Translations under genes and position numbers: made by a program
Origin: Limisphaerales bacterium
GTDB lineage: Bacteria > Verrucomicrobiota > Verrucomicrobiia > Limisphaerales > UBA1100
DNA length: 64,000 bases
Direction of reading: 5' to 3'
Assembly (NCBI GenBank): GCA_014382585.1
Contig: JACNJL010000035.1
Span: 3,756 to 67,755, forward strand
Shown: positions 19,281 through 28,300 of the stretch, one piece after another
Layout of the letters: the number at the start of each line of letters is the position of its first letter
Numbering within the stretch: position 1 is the first letter of the stretch
Notes under the pieces: model-generated
Database searches by the model: none
What the model was told of the DNA's origin: nothing
The model's input: the letters and a program-made list of their open reading frames with translations, nothing else

Positions 19281-21658
19281 TAGTCAACGTACAAAAATGC
19301 GGCGGAATTAAACAACGCGTGGCACACCGCCGACAGTGCTTTGTTGCGTTGGCCGGTTTCTTTTGCCGCCACGAATTGACGCTCCAGTTCCTGCATCGAT
19401 TTCGTCATTCCTAGCAGCTCTTTCTCTGACGGCGGTCGATTAATGATTTTGCGATACGCCAACCTGGTGGCCGCCTCGATGGTTTTGGCTTCTTTCTGAA
19501 TCTCCGAAGCCAGCTTGCGCGACAGCTCGTAAATCACTTTGTCATGCAATAAAAACAGTGGCTGCTGCACCACAGTGGAGTTGATACGGGTGACACAATT
19601 GGGGTTCATCGCCGGCAGATCAAACGTCTCCAACATTGTCATCATGTGTATGCGGCGTTGGCGAATATAAACACTACGGCGCCATCCCCCTTTCCCCGGC
19701 TTGCCCGTGACATAACCTCTTTCACGCACCTGCACATCATCAGGCTTGCCCCCCAAACGGATATTCAATTGACCGGTGATAGCAAGCAGTCCGTCGTGCA
19801 ATTCCTCCGCATCCAGCCGCCGCATACGCATGCGCGAAAGCCAGATGTTGTCGGGATCCTTTATCGCGGTAGTTTTGGCATTAAAAGAAGATTGCCGATA
19901 AGCGGTGCTGGTACAGATAAGGCGATGCAGATGCTTGGTGCTCCATTTGTTTTCGACCAACTCGATGGCCAGCCAGTCGAGCAACTCAGGATGCGTAGGC
20001 ACACTACCGAGTTTGCCAAAGTTATCCAGGCTCGCGACAATTCCCCGGCCGAAATGATGTTTCCAAATGCGATTCACCCACACCCGGGAGGTGAGCGGAT
20101 GATCCGGATTGGTCATCCACCGCGCCAGCGCCAGCCGGTTACCCGTCTTGTTTTTGCCCACCACTTTAGCAGGCTGGAAGGGGGTTTCTGAAAACACCCG
20201 TGGCAATGCCGGCCCTACCCGCGCCCCGGGGCTCCCGGGATTGCCGCGCAGATTCACATAAGTCGGGGAAGATTCACCTCGATCCCACAGCGCGCGAATG
20301 AGCGGCATAGTTTTCTTCTTTGCTTTCAGGTCGTCTATTTTCTTCTTCAACTCCTTGCGTTCCATTCCCTTTGCGGATGTGAAATTCTTCTCTAGTGGAT
20401 CCAACTCCTCTTTCAACTTCGCGTTGTAAGCCTCAATGGGTTTGCGTTCTTCAGGCAACGCCACCGGCAAATGCCGGCGTGTACTGCCTGCCCATTGATT
20501 TCTAAATGGCTGTGGTGTCAGCCAGTTGTACTCATCATATGAAGCTTTAAAGATGGCTGCGAAGGAATAGTAATCTCGCTGACTGATTGGGTCGTACTTG
20601 TGATCGTGGCAACGCGCACATTTCATGGTCAACCCCATCACGCCACCGGCGAGAATTTGCAATTCATCACCGATGACTTCAATTCGGTCCTCCACGCGGT
20701 TTACGGGATTAGCACTGGTGCCATCGGGGGCCATACGAAGGAATCCTGTGGCGACTAATTTCTCGATGACGTTTTCATCGATCGCCTCGGGGTCCGAATA
20801 ATCCACCAACTCATCACCGGCGATTTGCTCCACTAGAAAATCATTGTACGGCTTGTCGGCATTAAAAGAGTTGATGACGTAGTCGCGATATTTCCACGCG
20901 TAATCCCGAATCATGTCTGCATTGCGTTTGCCTTCGGAATCTGAATAGCCGGCTAGATCCAGCCAATGCCGCCCCCAACGCACCCCGTACGCGGGCGAAG
21001 CCAGCAGCCGATCTACAACTTTCATATAAGCCGTTGGGCTAGTGTCTTCTTCGAACGCCACCATCTCCGAAGGCGTGGGCGGAAGGCCAGTGAGGTCGTA
21101 GGTGACCCGCCGCAGCAACGTGTGCTTTGATGCTTCGGGCGAGTATCCCAGTTTTTGAATGGCCAGTTTTCTTAGCAGAAAAACATCGATAGGATTGCGA
21201 ATCTTGGATTGGGGGATGGCAACTGTTGGAATGGTCGGCCGTTTCGGGGGTTGAAACGCCCAATGATTGCGAGCTCCGGGTTTTAGCTTCACCGGCTTCA
21301 GCGTTTGCCATACTTCCGGTGCCCCAACACTGATCCAATCGCGCAGGGTTTTTAACTCGCTTGCACCCATGCGCTCAATACCGGCCATGCTGATGTTTTT
21401 ATCTGGCGGGCATTCACGCGAAACAATGCGCTGAATCATTTTACTTTCCGCCGGTTTCCCGGAAACAAATGCACCGCCAGCAAGCATGGTTGACTTGGTG
21501 CGCAGATCGAGCCCGCCCTCGCGTGCGTCCTGCCCATGGCACATCACACACCGCCGCAGCAACACCGGAATGGCGTCGTGCTGCGTGACCTTGGGTACGG
21601 CGGTTGCGGAAAGGGACAACAACACAACCGGCAGCCAATGATGGATTCGCAAATTCAT
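19280..21658 (-). CDS. PSCyt1/DUF1549/DUF1553 multi-domain protein (planctomycete cytochrome-c-like N-terminal domain)
   Basis: Signal peptide. CVMCHGQDAREGGLDL (PSCyt-type CxxCH). …DLTGLPPTPSEMVAFEED… (DUF1549). …KCARCHDHKYDP… (DUF1553). One nucleotide is shared between its stop and the start of the downstream DUF1501 gene. Confidence 0.8.
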   Translation of the reverse strand: MNLRIHHWLPVVLLSLSATAVPKVTQHDAIPVLLRRCVMCHGQDAREGGLDLRTKSTMLAGGAFVSGKPAESKMIQRIVSRECPPDKNISMAGIERMGASELKTLRDWISVGAPEVWQTLKPVKLKPGARNHWAFQPPKRPTIPTVAIPQSKIRNPIDVFLLRKLAIQKLGYSPEASKHTLLRRVTYDLTGLPPTPSEMVAFEEDTSPTAYMKVVDRLLASPAYGVRWGRHWLDLAGYSDSEGKRNADMIRDYAWKYRDYVINSFNADKPYNDFLVEQIAGDELVDYSDPEAIDENVIEKLVATGFLRMAPDGTSANPVNRVEDRIEVIGDELQILAGGVMGLTMKCARCHDHKYDPISQRDYYSFAAIFKASYDEYNWLTPQPFRNQWAGSTRRHLPVALPEERKPIEAYNAKLKEELDPLEKNFTSAKGMERKELKKKIDDLKAKKKTMPLIRALWDRGESSPTYVNLRGNPGSPGARVGPALPRVFSETPFQPAKVVGKNKTGNRLALARWMTNPDHPLTSRVWVNRIWKHHFGRGIVASLDNFGKLGSVPTHPELLDWLAIELVENKWSTKHLHRLICTSTAYRQSSFNAKTTAIKDPDNIWLSRMRMRRLDAEELHDGLLAITGQLNIRLGGKPDDVQVRERGYVTGKPGKGGWRRSVYIRQRRIHMMTMLETFDLPAMNPNCVTRINSTVVQQPLFLLHDKVIYELSRKLASEIQKEAKTIEAATRLAYRKIINRPPSEKELLGMTKSMQELERQFVAAKETGQRNKALSAVCHALFNSAAFLYVD

Positions 21659-21724
21659 GCTGAAAAATCCTCCTGTTAGAAGCCTCTTACGGCAAGGGTA
21701 TTCGACGATCTATCATCTTGGAAA

Positions 21725-23632
21725 TCAGGACAAACTGGTCGGTGCCTTCACAGTTGGCTCGGGTTCTGGCGAGCCACTCCAGGCCCATTTAGCGGCGCAA
21801 GCGATAAGGAGAAGGATCGCGGCCATGATAATAAGCAAGCTGCCCCAGCGAACTTGGAGGCCGGATTTGTCCGGATTGAGCACGGGCTGGAAATTGCGGC
21901 GGCTGGGGGGAATGACGAGCAACCAACCGCTCTCAGTTTTTTTGCCTTCAGTGAGGCAAATGCCCAACGCGAACAGACCAGACAGAATGCCCAACACAAT
22001 CCAAAATGGTTGATGGGAAGAATGCGGCCAAACAAACCAATCACAAATGATGGCGACCACGGAAGGGAACAATAAAATCTCAACCCATTGGCGCAGCAAA
22101 CGTGGGAAGCTTCGCAGTGCGGCCAAAGCCACGGTGACACCAAGTCCGGTGAGGGGGGCGATCCACCAGAGGTGCAGCCAATGAAAATGCCAGAAATGAA
22201 TCGCACCCGCGGCGGCGAGCAGCGTGGCGGCGGTGAGCAGCGGCACGTTGTAAAAGGGCAGTGTGCGAAATTGGCCGGGGCGCGTGCGAGGCAGCGGTTT
22301 GATATTTTTTTCCTTGGGGATGAGCTTGGCACCATTCCAAAAAAGTGCCACCACCATTCCGATGCCGAGCGACCACTTGAGCCAAAGATCCCACCAGTAA
22401 AAAATGGGATCCACGAATGACACGGAAACAACGGCGCCGAAAATCAATCCCATCAAAATGATGTGCCAGATTTTGCGCAAGGCAAAACGCGCGGGGGCTG
22501 AGTGTGTGGTGGAGGGTTGCACGGTGCGGTCTAGCGCGGGCATTAGGTTTATCCCCGCTGCGCCGAGAGCCATCACGAGCAGCCCAGCGATGCCCGTGCC
22601 CGCGAGTGACCACGGCGCTGCTGACCACGCGGAATAGGCCACTACTTCTCCGCCGGGCAATTCGAATTCCCAGCGCGTGGCATCCCAAACCAACACCGCC
22701 GCTCCCGTGGCGGCGGCGACGAGCACGAAGCCGCCTTGGGCGGCGAGGAAATGGCGGAAGCCGTGCCAGAAATCGATGTAGCCAGCTTTAGCAGCAGCTT
22801 GTTTTTCTTCGGATGTGGGGAACATTGAATCTTCCACGCGGCGCATTTGCAAACTGCCAAGGCCGAGCGCACAGCCAATGGAGAGGACAACCATCAAACG
22901 CCCGGTGAATCCGTCGGCGGGTTTGAATGTGTCCGCTGTTTCTGCCGGAGGTGTGACCGGTGACTTCGGCGTAACAGGCGGAATTGGGGTAATGATTTTG
23001 GGCGTCGTGGGGCCTTTGGCGATCTCGTCCGGCTTGGGTTTAGCGGATTGAGATTGAACGATGGCGGCGATCCATAAGCCGAGCACCACCAACGTAGCCA
23101 TACCGAGGCCGGTTCCGATGACGATTTTTTTGTGCTGCTTAATCCAATTCAAAAAAGTGGTCACGGTGGCAACTTCCGGCGTGGATTTGCGTTCGCGTTT
23201 GAAAACAAAACCGAAACTGATAATGAGCGTGCCCAACCCCAACACAAACAGCCAACCGACCGTGCCGTTTGTGACTCCGCCGCCGGCTTTTTGGGCAATG
23301 AGGACGATTCCCATCACAAAGGCCAACAGCGCGGAGGCGAGTGCGGTGGTGAAGAATGGCCGGGCTTTGATCCATGCCCACGTGGCGGAGGGGGCACGTT
23401 CTGGCTCCAGCTGCGGCTCGGGTTGAACAATGACCGGCTCGGGTTTGGCTACGGGGATTTCCTCCGCCACGGGCTGGCGGTTTTTCTCGAGCTGCGCCTC
23501 GAGAGCGGCGCGGAGTTTGTCGAGATCCACCGAGCCATCGGTGGGCAGGCGCAGCCGCAACTTCACATCACCCGCGCCCCTCGCTTTGGAACGGGCCGCT
23601 GTGTCACGAGGTTGATGTCGGGGTTTGGCCAC
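21725..23632 (-). CDS. Large polytopic membrane protein of unknown function, with a roughly 90-aa charged N-terminal cytoplasmic segment and a Pro/Thr/Val-rich linker
   Basis: At least 12 hydrophobic segments. Linker PTTPKIITPIPPVTPKSPVTPP. Its start lies 4 bp after the stop of the upstream PLD-family gene. Confidence 0.5.
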   Translation of the reverse strand: MAKPRHQPRDTAARSKARGAGDVKLRLRLPTDGSVDLDKLRAALEAQLEKNRQPVAEEIPVAKPEPVIVQPEPQLEPERAPSATWAWIKARPFFTTALASALLAFVMGIVLIAQKAGGGVTNGTVGWLFVLGLGTLIISFGFVFKRERKSTPEVATVTTFLNWIKQHKKIVIGTGLGMATLVVLGLWIAAIVQSQSAKPKPDEIAKGPTTPKIITPIPPVTPKSPVTPPAETADTFKPADGFTGRLMVVLSIGCALGLGSLQMRRVEDSMFPTSEEKQAAAKAGYIDFWHGFRHFLAAQGGFVLVAAATGAAVLVWDATRWEFELPGGEVVAYSAWSAAPWSLAGTGIAGLLVMALGAAGINLMPALDRTVQPSTTHSAPARFALRKIWHIILMGLIFGAVVSVSFVDPIFYWWDLWLKWSLGIGMVVALFWNGAKLIPKEKNIKPLPRTRPGQFRTLPFYNVPLLTAATLLAAAGAIHFWHFHWLHLWWIAPLTGLGVTVALAALRSFPRLLRQWVEILLFPSVVAIICDWFVWPHSSHQPFWIVLGILSGLFALGICLTEGKKTESGWLLVIPPSRRNFQPVLNPDKSGLQVRWGSLLIIMAAILLLIACAAKWAWSGSPEPEPTVKAPTSLS

Positions 23633-23635
23633 AGG

Positions 23636-24340
23636 TCAGCTAAAGTTGCGCCAGAGTTTGTCAAACATTCGGGTAAACGACTTGATTAAATCGGCATCGC
23701 CGGTGATGAGAAAATTTTCGTCGTTGTGCAACGAAGCGGAGCGGGTCCAGTTGTAACTGCCGGTGAGCAGTTTGGATTTGTCGAAGATGGCGAATTTGTG
23801 GTGCATGTGATGTTCGGACCGATCCATACGCACGGCGATGCCGGCGCGCTCGAGGCGCCTGATGTCCGAGCCGGCGTCCATCGATTTGTCGTCATCACTG
23901 ATGACGCGGATTTGCACGCGGCGGCGATGCGCTTTTTCAATGGCGCCGGCAATTCGATTGTCGGTGATGGTGAACACGCAAATATCCACCGAAGCGCGGA
24001 CTTGCGCCAAGCAATCGATGATTTTGCCAACGCAATCATCGTCGGGGCTGAAGAAGGCGGCGGCCGCATCGACTTTGCCGGTGTTGGGGATATTCTCGGC
24101 GGGGTGCAGGGTTTTGACGGTATTTTCAAGCCACTCCAAAACCTGATGGCGCTGACCGGCATCGGCTTTAGCCAGCGCCTCGCGCGCGGCATCGAAAGCC
24201 ATACTTCGATAAAGTGCGCGGCGCTGTTCGCTGCCGTTGATGGAATCGGTGAGCGTGCGGACCTCGTTGCGTTCGCTGCGGGATAGCTGGAAATCTTCCA
24301 GCGTCGATTGGAAGAGGGCTTTGACCTCGTGATCTTTCAT
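23636..24340 (-). CDS. Phospholipase-D-family (single HKD, Nuc-like) nuclease/phosphodiesterase with a roughly 90-aa N-terminal helical extension
   Basis: HHKFAIFDKSKLLTGSYNWTRSA is the H-x-K-x4-D-x6-G-S-x-N HKD signature. The upstream FFSPDDD…VFTIT…GVkVRVI-like layout matches the PLD/Nuc fold. Confidence 0.7.
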   Translation of the reverse strand: MKDHEVKALFQSTLEDFQLSRSERNEVRTLTDSINGSEQRRALYRSMAFDAAREALAKADAGQRHQVLEWLENTVKTLHPAENIPNTGKVDAAAAFFSPDDDCVGKIIDCLAQVRASVDICVFTITDNRIAGAIEKAHRRRVQIRVISDDDKSMDAGSDIRRLERAGIAVRMDRSEHHMHHKFAIFDKSKLLTGSYNWTRSASLHNDENFLITGDADLIKSFTRMFDKLWRNFS

Positions 24341-24513
24341 AGCAGATATTTTCCCCCGTTTTGTAAATTAGGGGCGTTTGGCGCTGGGAAGGATACATTA
24401 CCGCGATCGGCGGATTTCGCCAACGAAAAAGGTTTCCCGATGGGTGGGTTTTTTGTAGTATTCACTCACCCACGCGACGACTCAAACCGTCAACCACAAC
24501 GAAAGGCAATCTT

Positions 24514-25326
24514 ATGGCCAAGTTTATTAAAAATCTGAAATCAAAAGTCGAACACTACAAAACCAAGGCGGAGGAAATTCGCGCGATGGTTGAAGAGGGA
24601 GCGGAAACGATTCGCGAAATTCGCAGCGACGTGGAAAGCACAGTGGACGATTTGAAAGCGGACAGCGAAGAAAAGATGATGGAGAGCCTGGAAAAAATTC
24701 AGGACGCCGAGCGGGTTTTCAAAGAGGCCGGTTACAAACTGCAGGCGGTGCGGTTGGAGATGGGGTTTAACCCCAAGGTGGTTTCGGTGCTGCGGCGCGA
24801 ATCGGCAATCAACGCGCGCAAACAGGAACGCCTACTCCAACAGCACGCGGACAACAAGCTCTTGAGCAGTATGCTGAATTCGCTTTTCAAGGCCGAGGCG
24901 TTGGAGGACAAAGTGCATCTTCGCCGGTTGACGTTTCACGAAGTGCAAATCGAGGTGGGCGTGGTGCCGGCAGTACACGTGGTTTGGGAGGACAAAAACA
25001 GCGTGACACTGACCCCCACTGCGGCGGCGGAAAAAGAACCCGCCTACAGCAGCCCGTTCACCAGCAGCAGTTCATTTACAAGCGGCAGTTCATTTACAAG
25101 CGGCAGCTCGTCATTCCCGCGCAGTTCGTTTGCGGAAGATGTCGAGGTTGAAGAAGAAACCACGGACCTTGAGCCAACACCTCAGCCTGAACCCGCCGAG
25201 GCCCCGGTGGAAGTCGCCGCGGTGGAGGGAGATTTTGCTGCGCCGACGGTGTCTGCCTCCGCGCGGGATCCAGAGGATGACAAGTGGACAAGCTTCCCGG
25301 ACATCTCATTTCCAGGGAGTAAGTAG
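24514..25326 (+). CDS. Hypothetical protein with an N-terminal coiled-coil, an internal Ser/Phe/Thr tandem repeat and an acidic Pro/Glu-rich C-terminus
   Basis: ATG start with a GC-typical codon pattern. The SSSFTSGSSFTSGSS repeat is encoded by tandem agttcatttacaagcggc units. Convergent with the giant AAA+ gene. Confidence 0.45.
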   Translation: MAKFIKNLKSKVEHYKTKAEEIRAMVEEGAETIREIRSDVESTVDDLKADSEEKMMESLEKIQDAERVFKEAGYKLQAVRLEMGFNPKVVSVLRRESAINARKQERLLQQHADNKLLSSMLNSLFKAEALEDKVHLRRLTFHEVQIEVGVVPAVHVVWEDKNSVTLTPTAAAEKEPAYSSPFTSSSSFTSGSSFTSGSSSFPRSSFAEDVEVEEETTDLEPTPQPEPAEAPVEVAAVEGDFAAPTVSASARDPEDDKWTSFPDISFPGSK

Positions 25327-25357
25327 TCGGGAGGGACGGGGGACGGGCATCGTACCC

Positions 25358-28300
25358 TTACCCTCCTTTGCTATCTGCGGGCGGTTCCTGTTGCTGCGCT
25401 TCCTGCAATTGAGCGAGGAGTTGTTGGATGAGGGCGTCACTGTCCTGCACCATATCCTGGCTGACATCGACAACCACTTCAGTGGGCTGAGCGGCGTCGA
25501 GGCGTTCACGCAGTTCGCGATGGCGTTCCTGATAGTTGGCGAAGAGCACGCCAATCTTCGACAGCGCCGCCTGCATTTGGTTGGCCTGCGTTTGGGATTG
25601 TGAATCGCGGATGGTATCAGCGAGCGTGACGTTGCTTTGCTCAATGAATTCGGCCAACGCCATTTGGCGGTCGGCGAGGGCGGATTGGCTTTCCTGTGTG
25701 GCGGCGGCTGCGGTGCTGGATTGCTCCAGATATTTCTCAAATGCGCCGCGCAAGGCGGTGAGATTTTCGTTGGTTGCGTCGCTCGGCACTGTGCCCTCGG
25801 TGGGGGTGGGTGCGGCGGTTTGCTGGCCGGAAAGGTGCTGGGAAATCGTATCACGAAGGGCATCGAGGCTTTCGTTCATCCCGCCCAGATCGAGCTGGGT
25901 GGTCCGGGGTTTAGAAAGCTCTTCTTTTAGCGTGCCTTGGATGGCATCAAGACCACCGGTGAAGAGTGAGAGCTGGCTGACCACGCGGCTGACAGGATCG
26001 CCTTGGTCGCCGCCCTGCAGGAATTGATTCCGGCCATAGGTTTTTTTGATATCCTCCCAACGCGCTTCCTCGTCTTCGGTCATCACCCCGATGAGCTGCT
26101 TGAATTTCAGGAAGTTTGCCTCTGCGCCAGTGGTGAGTGTTTGGCTTTCGCCTTTGTAATGGTCGAGCACGAGATCCATCAGCTCCTGATCATTCATAAT
26201 CGCCAACACCTTTTCGGCGAGGCGATTCATATTGCGATAGGAGCCCTGCATCTTGAAGGCCGGTTCGGTGCGGAATTCATCCGCTTGCCCGGCGCTCTCA
26301 ATGTACAACTGATTTACTTTCAAAACCACATCGCGCAGTACGGTGAGTTTTTTGAGGACGTTGAGTAATTCCTCGGTTTCATTCGCGGAATAACTTCCCT
26401 GTAACTCGATGCCCTCGCGTTGGCCGGTCTCGGCCATCCGAATAAACGCTTGAATATCTTTTTGTGCTGCCTTGGCGAGCGGTTGCAAAACGGGATTGGA
26501 GGTGATGGCATTCTCAATGTAGCTGCCGTTGAACGCTTCCTCGCGCCCCTTCATATCGTCGCCGAGATTGTATGTGTCAGCACGGTTGGCGAGCATATCG
26601 GGGATGCGGAATTTCTCGCCGCTCTCGGTGTACGGGTTGCCGGCCATCACGACGACGACGCGGCGACCGCGCATATCGTAGGTTTTGGGTTGACCGCGCC
26701 AGACACCCTCGATTTTGCGCTGGGCGTCACAGAGCGAAATAAATTTCTGCAAAAACTCCGGGTTGCAGTGCTGAATGTCATCCAAGTAAATCATCACGTT
26801 ATCGCCCATCTCCAGTGCGAGATTGAGTTTATTGACTTCCGCGCGCGCGCCGGCGTTGGGGGCATCCTCGGGATCCAGCGACCCCACTTCGTGGCCCAGC
26901 GCCGGCCCGTTGATTTTCATAAAAATCAGGCCCATTCGATTGGCGAGATATTCCATCAACGTGGTTTTGCCATAACCGGGCGGAGAGATGAGTAGCAGCA
27001 AGCCCATCAAATCCGTGCGCTTGCCTTCGCCGGTGACGCCAATTTGCTTGGCAAGATTGTCGCCCACGATCGGCAGGTATACAGTGTCCACCAATTGATT
27101 GCGCACGAAGGAGGACAGCACGCGCGGCTCAAATTCGTGCAGGCGCAACACTTCTTTTTCGTCTTCGATGAGTTTTTGTTTCAACTCCTGATACTGCTCA
27201 AAACGCGGCACGCTTTCGCGTGCGAAGCGGCCGAGCTTCTCCTGAAACACAAGATAATCAAAATCGTAACTACCTTCCTGCACCGCATCGTGCGCGCCCT
27301 GCAGACCGGTGATGGCCTGAGCGGTAGCAGCTTTCACCACGGCTTGTTTGTGATGATGGCCGCAGAAAATCAACGCAGCGACTTCCTCGAGATATTTATT
27401 TTCGCCGTTGCGCGTGAGCAGGAAGCCGCGCACCCAATCGCGCACGAGCTGATAATGACTGTGCGGATTGGCCTTGAGCGGTTTCTGCGCTTTGTCAAAT
27501 TCGGCTTCGCTGCCTTTCTTGACGAGATGCCGCTCAAATTCAGTGAGCAATTGATCCGCTTCCTGACTGACGGCCCAATCTTTGCCATTCGTAATTTCGT
27601 AAAATAAATATTCGCCCGCGGGCGCGGCATCTTCTTCGGGGAACAAAACGGTGTCCGTGACAAAACCCGCCACCAATTCCTGCAGCGCCACGATATATTC
27701 GCGCTGCGTGGGATCGCCGGGGAACAGCTCGTTACGTTTGGCGAAGCCTTCGAGTTTGGCGGCCCAAAGTTTGCGCGTGTCCTCGGGACAAAAGTGATGC
27801 CAATAAACCGCGCCGCACGCCCGTACGCGGGGATGATAGCGCGCCAGCTGCAGGGCGGCGTGGGTGTTGAGCAGCGCGGCGAGAATCTTGGCCGCGTCCT
27901 GATCGTGAATGCCTTTGGTGTACGCCTCGGCGTAGCGGTCGCCCATGAAATCCTGCACGAGTTTGAGGCGGTCGGCGGCCTTCATCGCGGCGACTTCGGC
28001 GAGACGTTCGCCGCTTTCGTGCTCGAGTTTCTGCCAAAGCAAATAGGCGAGATATTCGGCGCGGTAAATTTCGCGGTCTTCGCTGATAACCTGTTGCTCC
28101 CACACTTCGCGCGTGGCGAGGAAAGCCTCGTCCTCGATGGGGTCGAAATACTGGGTGCCGGTGAGGTGCAAATTCTGCTCGTCGCCCCGGCGCACGATGG
28201 TGAGGTCCAGCGGTTGGGTGTTTACGGCGAATTTGTGTTTGCCGAACTGGATAACGTTTTGGCCGTCGACGTAGAGTTCTTTTTTGTCTTTGAGCTGGCG

